From Candidatus Cloacimonadales bacterium (GTDB lineage Bacteria > Cloacimonadota > Cloacimonadia > Cloacimonadales > JAFGVF01): a DNA stretch of 64,000 nt. Shown here piece by piece: positions 54,961 through 64,000 of the stretch; position 1 is the first letter of the stretch; each line of letters begins with the position of its first letter. Location: the NCBI GenBank assembly GCA_963667035.1, contig OY762964.1, forward strand, positions 259,245 through 323,244. Reading direction: 5' to 3'. The notes below the pieces were generated by a model. That model did no database searches. It was not told the DNA's origin and worked only from the letters and a program-made list of their open reading frames with translations. A program made the translations under genes and the position numbers.

Positions 54961-57900
54961 CAAAAACCAAGTTGAAGTTTAAGCTAATATCATTTAAAGT
55001 GTCAATAATATTCTTTGTAAGGTCTATCTTCAAATTCTTAGGTGTCAACTCTAATATACCAAAATCCTTAGTAGTTGTTTCAATAACGAAATTGAATTTA
55101 CCAAGCTCATTGTGTAACTTTACTAACTCATCGGCAAAAATTCCATTAAGCTTGTAACTCTCTACCTTGAGCATAATCTTACCGCTATTGGAGGTTAAGA
55201 CTTCATCTATAGGCACAATCTGTTTAGGTTTTATCTTAAGGAGCTTTTCTCCTTCAAATGATGAATTGAAACCTTTTACGAAAAGAATATCACCAATGCT
55301 GATTTTGTCGAAGAAGAGATCAAAGTCTTTACCGAATAAGGATACTTCAAACTTTCCGTGCATGTCTTCCAGAGCAACAATACCAAAGATGTTACCCTTT
55401 CTTGATTTCTTACGTTGACATGAAGATACAATACCTACGATTCTTATTGTATTAGGGACATGCCCTTCACTAATGGTATTGGAATATGTGTTGGAAAAGT
55501 GTTTAATAATGTACTCATACTCAAAAAGTGGATGTCCCGAAAGATAGAATCCAAGAACGTTTTTTTCATTCTCAAGTCTATCCATATAACTCCATTCCTC
55601 TCTTTGTTCAAGTTCGGGGAAGTAATCATTTTCATCATCGTCATCTTCTCCCAGCATATCGAACAAAGTAATCTGTCCGCCTCTTTTGTCTTTCATTGCT
55701 TGAGCAGAGTAGTTAACAGCCATTTCAACAGAAGCGAAGTGGGATGCTCTGTTACCTTCGAATGAATCCAAAGCTCCGGCTGAGATTAAGCTCTCTAAAA
55801 CGGTTTTGTTTACTGAAGATGAATCACATCTACCCATAAGGTCAAACATGCATTTATATGGACCTTTTTCATCCCTCTCGGCAATAATAGCTCTTATGGC
55901 AGCAGAACCTACATTCTTAATTCCTTTGAATCCAAAGAGTATTTTGTTGTCTTTAACACTAAAATCCCTTTCTGATAAGTTTATATGAGGAGTAATCACT
56001 TCAATCTTCATTTTTCTGCATTCTTCCAGGAACTTGGTAATATCCTCGGGATTCTCAGACATTGAGAGGTTAGCAGCCATGAATTCAACGGGATAATGTG
56101 CTTTTAGATAGGCTGTCTGATATGCTACATAAGCGTAGCAAGCAGCATGAGATTTATTGAAAGCATAGTTTGCAAAGGTTTTCCAGTCTTCCCAAACTTT
56201 ATCGATTATCTTTCTTTCAATTCCGTTTTCTGTACAGCCTTTTAAGAATAGGTTGTACATATCCGCTAGCATCTTGGCTTTCTTTTTTGAAATAGCTTTT
56301 CTCAAAGTCCCGGCTTCTGCACTGGAGAAGTTTGCCATTATTTTAGAGAGTTGCATCACCTGCTCTTGATAGACTGTAACCCCGTAAGTCTCCTTTAAAA
56401 CTTCTTCCATAGAAGGATGCTCGTAAGTAATGGGTTCCTGTCCGTATTTACGCTTAATGAAGGAGGGAATATTATCCATAGGACCTGGACGGTAAAGTGC
56501 AACCATAGCTATCAAGTCTTCGAACACATTAGGTTTTAACTCTCTGAGGTATCTTTGCATACCTTTAGATTCATACTGGAATACACCTCCGGTATGTCCT
56601 TCGGAAAGTAAGTCATAAGTGTCTTTATCTTCTAGAGAGATGTTATTTATATCAATATCTATTCCACGGTCTGCTTTGAGCATTTTTAGGGCTTTATCAA
56701 TTACAGTAAGTGTCTTTAAACCGAGAAAATCCATCTTCAGCATTTTTAAATCATCAAGCCATTTACCTTCATATTGAACTAGAATGCTCTTCTCTCCGTC
56801 TTTCTGTTGTGATACAGCTAAAGGTACGAAATTACTTAAATCATCAGGACCAATAACAACACCGGCAGCATGTATACCTGTTTGTCTGACTAATCCCTCA
56901 AGAACCATACCATGTCTAAGAATACTCCTGTAAAGATCATTACTTTCCATAAGGTTCTTGAATTCCGGTGATTTCTCAAGAGCTTTCTCTAAAGTAACTT
57001 TTGGACCATCAGGTATTAGCTTTGTCATCTGATTAGCATCAGCAACGCTAACTTCTAAAGCTCTTGCAATGTCTTTTATGACAGACTTGGCTTTTAGTGT
57101 TCCGAATGTGATGATTTGAGAAACACTTTTACGTCCGTATTTTTGTACAACGTAATCAATAATTTTAGCTCTGCCTTCAGCACAGAAATCGATATCAATA
57201 TCAGGCATTCCGACTCGCTTAAGATCAAGGAATCTTTCAAACAACAGCCCGTATTTAAGGGGTTCAAGACGGGTAATATCAAGACAATATGCAACAATAG
57301 AGCCGGCTGCAGAACCTCTTCCCGGACCTACTGGTACATCTTGAGCTCTGGCAGCATCAATGAAGTCTTTAACCACCAAGAAATATGCATTATAGCCCAT
57401 TTTACTAATAATACCAAGCTCAAAGTCTATTCTATCCGTGACTTCTTGAGTTAGCTTTTCATATCTTTCTTTAGCACCTTCATATACAAGATGTCTTATA
57501 TAATCATCGGTATTGTCATTGAATTGAGCGGGAACATCTGTTTTAGGGAATAAAAACTTATCGTATTTAAGCTCTAGTTGAATTTTGTCAGCAATCTTTA
57601 CAGTATTATCATAAGCTTCAGGAACATTCGGAAACAATTTACGCATTTCATCTTCATTCTTGAAATATAGCTCTGTAGTTTCGTATTTAAGCCTGTTTAC
57701 ATCATTAACTGTTTTAGATTCTTGCATGGCGAGCATCACATCGTGTGATTCCCAGTCTTCTTTATCAATATAGTGACAGTCGTTGGTCACAACCATTGGA
57801 GTATTAGTTTTTTTAGCCAGTTCTATCAATTGTGGCATAACTTTCTTTTCTTCAGAAAGACCATGGGCTTGTAGCTCAATATAAAAGTCATCTCCAAACA

Positions 57901-58387
57901 TATCCTTGTAATCACTGATATATGCTTCGGCTTGCTCAACATTACCTTGTAAGATTGAGTAAGGTACGTCTCCTTGAATACATGCCGTTAAACAAACAAT
58001 TCCATCTGCATGTTCTCTAAGTGTCTTCTTATCAATTCTAGGTTTATAGTAAAAACCGTCTGTGAAGGAGTAAGAGGATAACTTGATGAGATTCTGATAG
58101 CCTGTTTGGTTTTTCGCCAGTAAGATGATGTGATGACGCTTAAGCTTTTTAGATGCTTCCTCATTTACGTCACCGTTTATTATATATGCTTCCAGACCGA
58201 TAATTGGCTTAATATCATTATTAATACAGGTATTATAAAAATCTATAGTTCCATACATATTACCATGATCAGTCATAGCAACGGCAGGCATTCCGAGTTC
58301 TTTAGCTTTTTTGACGATTCTATCAACACGACAAGCACCGTCTAATAGGGAGTATTGCGTATGATTGTGCAAATGAACAAAGGACAT
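54953..58387 (-). CDS. dnaE: DNA polymerase III alpha subunit
   Basis: PHP domain start MSFVHLHNHTQYSLLDGA, polymerase core (PDIDIDF), HhH and OB-fold regions; 1144 aa. Confidence 0.95.
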   Translation of the reverse strand: MSFVHLHNHTQYSLLDGACRVDRIVKKAKELGMPAVAMTDHGNMYGTIDFYNTCINNDIKPIIGLEAYIINGDVNEEASKKLKRHHIILLAKNQTGYQNLIKLSSYSFTDGFYYKPRIDKKTLREHADGIVCLTACIQGDVPYSILQGNVEQAEAYISDYKDMFGDDFYIELQAHGLSEEKKVMPQLIELAKKTNTPMVVTNDCHYIDKEDWESHDVMLAMQESKTVNDVNRLKYETTELYFKNEDEMRKLFPNVPEAYDNTVKIADKIQLELKYDKFLFPKTDVPAQFNDNTDDYIRHLVYEGAKERYEKLTQEVTDRIDFELGIISKMGYNAYFLVVKDFIDAARAQDVPVGPGRGSAAGSIVAYCLDITRLEPLKYGLLFERFLDLKRVGMPDIDIDFCAEGRAKIIDYVVQKYGRKSVSQIITFGTLKAKSVIKDIARALEVSVADANQMTKLIPDGPKVTLEKALEKSPEFKNLMESNDLYRSILRHGMVLEGLVRQTGIHAAGVVIGPDDLSNFVPLAVSQQKDGEKSILVQYEGKWLDDLKMLKMDFLGLKTLTVIDKALKMLKADRGIDIDINNISLEDKDTYDLLSEGHTGGVFQYESKGMQRYLRELKPNVFEDLIAMVALYRPGPMDNIPSFIKRKYGQEPITYEHPSMEEVLKETYGVTVYQEQVMQLSKIMANFSSAEAGTLRKAISKKKAKMLADMYNLFLKGCTENGIERKIIDKVWEDWKTFANYAFNKSHAACYAYVAYQTAYLKAHYPVEFMAANLSMSENPEDITKFLEECRKMKIEVITPHINLSERDFSVKDNKILFGFKGIKNVGSAAIRAIIAERDEKGPYKCMFDLMGRCDSSSVNKTVLESLISAGALDSFEGNRASHFASVEMAVNYSAQAMKDKRGGQITLFDMLGEDDDDENDYFPELEQREEWSYMDRLENEKNVLGFYLSGHPLFEYEYIIKHFSNTYSNTISEGHVPNTIRIVGIVSSCQRKKSRKGNIFGIVALEDMHGKFEVSLFGKDFDLFFDKISIGDILFVKGFNSSFEGEKLLKIKPKQIVPIDEVLTSNSGKIMLKVESYKLNGIFADELVKLHNELGKFNFVIETTTKDFGILELTPKNLKIDLTKNIIDTLNDISLNFNLVFDE

Positions 58388-58530
58388 TAATTAACTCCAA
58401 ATGATATTTTTTATACTTAATGTACTTGTCCCGATTATTGTCAAACTCTTTACAAGATTTTCTGAGATAGGGGAGACTTAATATTAATAATGCTTTATCA
58501 TAGAGTAATTTATCTTATGAGAAACAAAAA

Positions 58531-58552
58531 AGCCTGTTACTTGTAACAGGCT
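58531..58552. repeat. 22-bp target-site duplication, left copy (itself a terminator hairpin)
   Basis: AGCCTGTTACTTGTAACAGGCT is identical to 60215-60236. Confidence 0.85.
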
Positions 58553-60214
58553 CAGACTGTTGACAAAGCTATGAGTAAGATTTCATAGCTTTGTCTTTTT
58601 TTAGCTTAAAATAAGAACATCAATCATTGACAAAAACCCCCTTAGTTTATACTTAAACCATCATAATTAGAGGTGGTTATGCTTAAAAAAGTTTCTGACA
58701 CACAGTCCCAAATGGAATTTGTAATAATAGATGATCTTGTCCCGGAAGATCATATTCTACGCAAGATTGACAGGGTAATAGATTTTAGTTTTATTATGGA
58801 CCGAACTGCTCATTTGTATTGCCCCGACAACGGTCGTCCCCCAGTGCATCCCATAACTTTCTTCAAAATGCTTTTTATTGGTTATCTATTTGGTATCCGT
58901 TCTGAGCGACAACTAATCAGAGAGATTCAGGTCAATGTAGCATATCGCTGGTTCTTAGGGTATGGGCTTACTGATAAAATACCGAGTCATTCTCTCTTCA
59001 GCCAGAATCGTCGCAGACGCTTTACTGATAGCACTGTTTTTGAAGAGATTTTCATTGATATTGTAAAACTTGGTATCGAGAATGGTTTGGTAGATGGCAA
59101 GGTTCTTTATAGCGATTCAACTCATCTGAAAGCTAATGCTAATAAAGGCAAATATGAATCAATTAAAGTAGAGACCACACCTCAGAGTTATCTTGAAGAT
59201 CTAAATAAAACAGTGGATGAAAACCGAAAAGCTCACGGTAAGAAGCCACTCCCACCTAAAGACAATGACTTTAAAGGCGGTTCGTCACCCAAAGTTAAAG
59301 AGATTAAGTCTAGTAAAACAGATCCTGACAGTGGTTTCATGACGCGAGACAAGAAACCACAAGGTTTCTTCTATCTTGATCATAGAACCGTAGATCCTAA
59401 AGTAAACTTCATAACAGATGTTCATATTACCGCCGGCAATGTGAATGACAGTTCTTGCTATATTGATAGGCTAAAAGTGCAGCAAGAGCGTTTTGGTTTT
59501 GATGTCCTGGCAGTAGGTCTTGATGCCGGGTATGATACAGCTAATATATGCAAAGAATTAGTAGATATGGGAATCATGGGAGTAATAGGTTATCGTCGAC
59601 TTGGAGGTAAAAAAGGTCTTTTCAAGAAGCGTGATTTTAAGTTCATTTCAGATAGAGACATATACATCTGTCCAGAAGGGAAAGAGCTTAAATATCGAAC
59701 AACAAACCGTAACGGTTATGATGAATATGCATCCGAGAGTAGCTATTGTAAAAACTGTCCAATGCTTAACAAATGCACCGAGAGCAAGAACCATCAAAAA
59801 GTTATCATGCGTCATGTATGGGAAGACAGTAGAGAGATTATCCATAAAAACAGGTTAACCTTTTGTGGCAAAGAGATATACAAAAAACGAAAAGAAACCA
59901 TTGAGAGAAGCTTTGCAAATGCAAAGCAACTTCATGGTTATCGGTATGCGAAATATCGAGGTATAGAACGAGTTCGAGAACAAGCATATATGACATCAGT
60001 AGTTCAAAACATAAAGAAACTGGTTAAATACCTTTTCAATGGCATATCAGGGAAAGTGGCATCAATGTTATTAGCTTTTTATGTTAATATATGCTCTGGT
60101 TTAGACGAATATAGAGCTAAATCTCATTATCCTGATATTGTACTCAACTAATCAGAAATAAACTTACAATGTAAAAACCCAGTCATTTTCATAACTGGGT
60201 TTGTAAACGGTCTG
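58553..60214 (+). mobile_element. IS1182-family insertion sequence, apparently intact (1662 bp)
   Basis: Imperfect terminal inverted repeats: CAGACTGTTGACAAAGC on the left versus the reverse complement CAGACCGTTTACAAACC on the right. Single 492-aa DDE transposase ORF, flanked by the 22-bp direct repeat. Confidence 0.85.
58673..60151 (+). CDS. IS1182-family (IS5-like DDE) transposase
   Basis: InsH-type N-terminal domain (FFKMLFIGYLFGIRSERQLIREIQVNVAYRWFLG) and C-terminal ERSFANAKQLHGYRYAKYRGIERV. Confidence 0.9.
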   Translation: MVMLKKVSDTQSQMEFVIIDDLVPEDHILRKIDRVIDFSFIMDRTAHLYCPDNGRPPVHPITFFKMLFIGYLFGIRSERQLIREIQVNVAYRWFLGYGLTDKIPSHSLFSQNRRRRFTDSTVFEEIFIDIVKLGIENGLVDGKVLYSDSTHLKANANKGKYESIKVETTPQSYLEDLNKTVDENRKAHGKKPLPPKDNDFKGGSSPKVKEIKSSKTDPDSGFMTRDKKPQGFFYLDHRTVDPKVNFITDVHITAGNVNDSSCYIDRLKVQQERFGFDVLAVGLDAGYDTANICKELVDMGIMGVIGYRRLGGKKGLFKKRDFKFISDRDIYICPEGKELKYRTTNRNGYDEYASESSYCKNCPMLNKCTESKNHQKVIMRHVWEDSREIIHKNRLTFCGKEIYKKRKETIERSFANAKQLHGYRYAKYRGIERVREQAYMTSVVQNIKKLVKYLFNGISGKVASMLLAFYVNICSGLDEYRAKSHYPDIVLN

Positions 60215-60236
60215 AGCCTGTTACTTGTAACAGGCT
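60215..60236. repeat. 22-bp target-site duplication, right copy
   Basis: AGCCTGTTACTTGTAACAGGCT is identical to 58531-58552. Confidence 0.85.
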
Positions 60237-60260
60237 TTTAACACTTATATGATGTGACTA

Positions 60261-62063
60261 TTATTTAAAACCGAAAGCTTCTCTGTTATCAATGATTTTC
60301 GCATTGTCACGAAGCCCTCTCCACCAGTCACCGTAATACTTATTCTGTTCTCTTTCAAGAGTAGTTTTAAGAAGTTCATCTTTTTCTGCTTCAAACTTGT
60401 CCATATCAGGTTTTGTATGTTTGTTAACTTCAGCTAAATAAACGCCTTTGTCAGTTTTAACAACATTAGTCCATTGACCTTCTTCGGTTAAAAGCATTGC
60501 ATCATTAAGCTCTTTTACCATTCCAAGACCTGTAATAGAAGCTTTCACATTAATATCTTCAGCATCAGCAAGCTTAAGATTCATTTCTTTAGCTTTAACT
60601 AAATATTGATCAGGTTGGTTATCTTTAACAAACTTCAAAGCTTCTTCATAAGCTAACTCAAGTTTCTTCTCACGTTTAAGTCTGTTCTCAATTCCGCCCT
60701 TAGCTTTTTCAAGCTCTTGGTAATGCTGACCTTTACGCTCGGATACTACATAAACATAGTAGAATTTCTCATTATTATCTGTATAAACTTCAGATACTTT
60801 ACCGACTTTCTGATGCTTAATAAAATCTATCACTTCTTCATTGTTACCAATACCGGGAACGTAAGTTGAGTTTTCTCTGATTTCTGATGTTTCTCTTGAT
60901 TCGAAACCCCTTGCTTCAGCTTCTTTGTCAAAGTTCTCGATATTTGCAATTTCTGCGAAGTTATTAACTGCATCAATCTGTTTCTGTTTTGAATCTTCAC
61001 CGGCTTCAACTTTGAGAAGAATATGACGAGCCCAAACTTCATCTTTTCCCTTATCATCTTTTCTGTCGCCAAGCTTCTGAATAATGTGCCAACCGAATTT
61101 AGTTTTAACAGGTTCAGAAATCTCATCTTTCTTTAAAGCAAAAGCAACATCTTCAAATTCTTTAACCATTCTACGACGTCCAAAATAACCTAAGTCTCCA
61201 CCCTTATCCTTATTGGAATCATCTTGGGAAAATTCTTTAGCCATTTCAGCAAAGTCAGCACCGTCTTTAATTTTTTTGTAAAGCTCATCGGCTTTATCTT
61301 TAATAACTTTATAATCAGCATCTGTTGGAGCTGTAATGTCAACTCTTACATACTTTGCTTTTGAATATGGTTCTCTCTTGAACTCTTCTTTATTGTCATC
61401 ATAATATGATTTGATTTCTTCGTCTGAAATTGTAATATCTTTGATATCCATAGAGTTAAAATCAATTACTTTTCCTGAAACTCTTGTGTTATCTTCAATA
61501 TAGTCAGCTTTAACGCTATCTTCTGTTACAACAACTTCATTCTTGATTTTCTCTTCTAAGATTGAGTAAGGAAGAGTTTCGTTCATATATGCTTCAATAC
61601 TTGCACCGAACTGTGGGTTGTCAGCTAACATAGAAGCAAGCTTGTTGTAGTCATAAACACCATCAGTTTGTGCTTGTGGTAAAGATTTAATATCCTCAGG
61701 AGGATCGTTTTTAAGTCTGTCGATGATAATATCTTTATCAATCTTAATATTGCTCTTCTTCAATTCTTTGCTAAGAAGAATACGAGCCATAAATCTTTCC
61801 CATGTTTGATTCATGAGACGTTTTTCAGTCGCTTCATCTAACTCTTTGTCTTTGTTTGCTTCCTGAGAAGCCCATGCCTGAACTTCGGCACGATAGTTAT
61901 CAACAAACTCTTTTCTCTCAATCTTTACACCATTGATTTTACCTACATAACCGGGTCGTCCGTTAAACAAACCTGTTATACCTCCAACTGCCATACCTAC
62001 AATAAATACAAAAACAATAACGTAAATTACTACTTTCTGTTTCTCACGAAATTTCTCAAGCAT
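60261..62063 (-). CDS. ppiD: periplasmic chaperone / peptidyl-prolyl isomerase PpiD-like
   Basis: N-terminal TM anchor, SurA-N-like region and a parvulin domain (DKGGDLGYFGRRRMVKEFEDVAF...FGWHIIQ). Confidence 0.8.
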   Translation of the reverse strand: MLEKFREKQKVVIYVIVFVFIVGMAVGGITGLFNGRPGYVGKINGVKIERKEFVDNYRAEVQAWASQEANKDKELDEATEKRLMNQTWERFMARILLSKELKKSNIKIDKDIIIDRLKNDPPEDIKSLPQAQTDGVYDYNKLASMLADNPQFGASIEAYMNETLPYSILEEKIKNEVVVTEDSVKADYIEDNTRVSGKVIDFNSMDIKDITISDEEIKSYYDDNKEEFKREPYSKAKYVRVDITAPTDADYKVIKDKADELYKKIKDGADFAEMAKEFSQDDSNKDKGGDLGYFGRRRMVKEFEDVAFALKKDEISEPVKTKFGWHIIQKLGDRKDDKGKDEVWARHILLKVEAGEDSKQKQIDAVNNFAEIANIENFDKEAEARGFESRETSEIRENSTYVPGIGNNEEVIDFIKHQKVGKVSEVYTDNNEKFYYVYVVSERKGQHYQELEKAKGGIENRLKREKKLELAYEEALKFVKDNQPDQYLVKAKEMNLKLADAEDINVKASITGLGMVKELNDAMLLTEEGQWTNVVKTDKGVYLAEVNKHTKPDMDKFEAEKDELLKTTLEREQNKYYGDWWRGLRDNAKIIDNREAFGFK

Positions 62064-62254
62064 ATATATTCCTCCAGCTTAATATCATTTTAGCATTACC
62101 AAATGCAATAACAAAAAAGAACTCTTTTTGTTCAAGTAATTTTTTCAGAATGTTGATTTTATATGGATGTGATAATTTATAATCTCTTAAGGAGTTTCTG
62201 TTAATGGGGGCGGGAGTAATCCGACAGATGTGTAAAAATTGGAGCTTTTTACTC

Positions 62255-62490
62255 TCTCTATTTTCATTCCTTTAGCAATCCCACCAACTACGTATTTTTT
62301 TCAAGATTTTCTCTCATTTTTCTCCGGTTTCTCTCCCGTTGCGAGCAACGGGAGACCAACGGGAGAGCAACGGGAGAGCAACGGGAGACTAACCCGAAAG
62401 AAACCCGTGGTTGGTGGACGCCTAAAAGGAGTCATTCAAGAAATGAAAATAAGATAAAATAGGAGATAAATAGGAAGGAAATGGGAGTCG
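62255..62490. repeat. intergenic nested-palindrome element (copy E2) containing an 11-nt tandem repeat
   Basis: CAACGGGAGA[C/G] occurs 4 times at 62346-62389, with two degenerate units to 62411. An inverted unit TCTCCCGTTG at 62332-62341 forms a 10-bp hairpin with the first unit. The outer stem CCACCAACTACG (62281-62292) pairs with CGTGGTTGGTGG (62406-62417). Outer arms TTTTCATTCCTTTAGC and GCCTAAAAGGAG...GAAATGAAAA. Confidence 0.6.
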
Positions 62491-62575
62491 AAAACCAGAG
62501 CAAATATGTGTCTTTACAACGTCCTAAATAAAGTAGACACATATATAACTGAGAGAAATTAAAGGTTTACAGAAA

Positions 62576-63365
62576 ATGAAACAGAAAACAGCATTATGCT
62601 ATAGTGAAGTATTTAAACGCAAAGTAGTTAAAGAAATTGAAGATGGAGTCCTAACTATCTCCCAAGCAAGAACTATTTACAACATAGGTGGCTCCTCAAC
62701 TTTGAAACGTTGGATTAATGAATACGGAATAAATGATTGCATGGGAAGGACGGTACACTTGGATGCAGCCGAAAAGCTACTACAAAGAGAAGAAAGCCTT
62801 AGAGCAAAAGATAGATTTTGAAGAGAAGGTAATCTCTAAAGTTATGGTTATACGTTCAGTAATTCCAGAGACCGGAGGTCGTAAATTACAGGAGCATCTT
62901 CCTGATCCTGAATATGGAGTTCCAATCACAGTTGGACGCGATAAGCTTTTTGATATACTCAGAGCTCAAGGTTTGTTGTTTAAACATAAGCCTCGTAAGG
63001 TATATACATCTGTCTCTGACCCGGATCATCAAGTATATCTAAATTTATTAGAGAATCTGACAGTAACTCGACCTAATCAGGTTTGGGTAACAGATATAAC
63101 CTATTTGCAGTTAGTAAATGGTAAGCATTGCTATCTATCAATAATGATTGATTACTACAGTCGTAAGATTGTGGGTTTTACAGTACAGAAAGACATGACG
63201 GCAGAAAGTACACTTGCAACCTTCAATAAAGCTTATAAGAGTATCAAGCCTGCACCCGGCTTGATACACCACTCTGATAAAGGTTCTCAATACACTTCAG
63301 GAGTCTATACTAATCGATTGCAAGAGTGTGGAGTAGATATAAGCATGACCGGTCCTAACAAATCA
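62576..63365 (+). mobile_element. IS3-family element remnant (orfA + truncated orfB); left boundary not determined
   Basis: HTH orfA (62576-62821) and an rve-type integrase core (..VWVTDITYL.., HHSDKGSQYTS). Homology stops after ISMTGPNK at about 63362, next to the pepA terminator. Confidence 0.75.
62733..63365 (+). pseudogene. IS3-family transposase orfB, 3'-truncated
   Basis: It lacks the conserved region that normally follows ..ISM(S/T).. (DNA..E..). The remaining ORF tail runs through the pepA terminator and is unrelated sequence. Confidence 0.7.
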
Positions 63366-63382
63366 AAGACCATAAAATTCGT

Positions 63383-63419
63383 AAAAGAAAAACCCCAAGT
63401 TTATTTCGAAACTTGGGGT
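63383..63419 (-). terminator. rho-independent terminator of pepA
   Basis: Stem CCCCAAGTTT / AAACTTGGGG, followed on the minus strand by TTTTTCTTTT. Confidence 0.65.
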
Positions 63420-63447
63420 AAACTGATTTATCGTTCTTATGCTTTAT

Positions 63448-64000
63448 TTATTCAGCTAAGTTCTCTATTAGAGCAGTAATTAGTCTAACTCCCCAGCCGG
63501 TAGCACCGGATGGAGTATACCCTTTATCTTTTGCACTTAAAGCAAGTCCCGCCATATCAACATGGAGCCAAGGCTTGCCCTGTACGAATTCTTCAATAAA
63601 CATTCCTGCAGTTATAGTCCCCGCTTCTCTGCCACCAACATTTTTAATGTCAGCAATGTTAGATTTGAGAAGATCTTTGTATTCTTCAAAGTTTGGGAGA
63701 GGCCATATTTTTTCACCTGTAATGTCTGAAGCAGCATCAAGAGCTTCCAGAAGACCTTCATCATTAGTTACAACAGCCGAAGCAACTGTTCCTAAGCAAA
63801 CCACTTGTGCTCCTGTAAGAGTAGCTATATCGAGAAGTCCGTAAACATTTTCTTTTTCAATTGCATAGTGAATAGCATCTACAAGAGTTAATCTTCCTTC
63901 AGCATCGGTATTAATAACTTCAATGGTTTTGCCGGCCATTGAACCGATTATATCTCCGGTACGATAGGCATCTCCTGAAATCATATTTTCACAAGTTGCA
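63448..64000 (-). CDS. pepA: leucyl aminopeptidase (M17), C-terminal part; N-terminus lies beyond the window
   Basis: [18 protein letters not shown]17 signature. The frame stays open to base 64000. Confidence 0.9.
   Translation of the reverse strand, partial: ATCENMISGDAYRTGDIIGSMAGKTIEVINTDAEGRLTLVDAIHYAIEKENVYGLLDIATLTGAQVVCLGTVASAVVTNDEGLLEALDAASDITGEKIWPLPNFEEYKDLLKSNIADIKNVGGREAGTITAGMFIEEFVQGKPWLHVDMAGLALSAKDKGYTPSGATGWGVRLITALIENLAE

Noticed and set aside
62346-62411. Tandem repeat as a possible CRISPR array
   Set aside because: The units are 11 nt and directly abutting with no spacers, and no cas genes are in the window. It is a short tandem repeat, not a CRISPR array.
62239-62457. 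72-aa ORF (FSPVASNGRPTGEQRESNGRLTRK...)
   Set aside because: Its sequence is generated by the 11-nt tandem repeat and the palindrome arms. It has no RBS and starts at a TTG, so it is treated as non-coding.

Overview
AT-rich (roughly one-third GC by eye) chromosomal segment from a diderm bacterium. lpxK is present, and there are four secreted proteins with FlgD-Ig/T9SS-type C-terminal sorting domains, a PorV/PorQ-like barrel and two GWxTD proteins. Together these suggest an uncultivated FCB-superphylum-like lineage such as Cloacimonadota; this is inference only. Most of the window is housekeeping. A long minus-strand cluster runs infC-rpmI-rplT-pheS-pheT-zapB-like-zapA-(candidate 6S RNA)-rny-folD. 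Other housekeeping genes include nif3, a HAD hydrolase, pdxK, dapF-dapB-M20-queC, dnaE, ppiD, a PpiC-type PPIase, lemA, lpxK, mtaD and tatD. Accessory content consists of two secreted nucleases, very large T9SS cargo proteins and three IS elements. The IS elements are an intact IS1182-family copy inserted in a terminator hairpin with a 22-bp duplication, an IS200/IS605 copy with a frameshifted tnpA, and a decayed 3'-truncated IS3 copy. I found no rRNA, tRNA or CRISPR array. Five things look most worth a second look. (1) A translationally coupled pair: an HTH-membrane protein plus a 1249-aa signal-less giant with an N-terminal HEPN-like RNxxAH motif and CARDB-like Ig domains. (2) A G10/C10 homopolymer inside the HTH gene of that pair, a possible phase switch. 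(3) A GC-rich island carrying GCACTG/CAGTGC hexamers phased at exactly 11 bp, between nif3 and infC. (4) A family of three intergenic nested-palindrome elements with 11/22-nt periodic repeats that share short motifs. (5) A 6S-like structured RNA candidate in the zapA-rny gap. All functional calls rest on reading motifs in the supplied translations; no database search was run.
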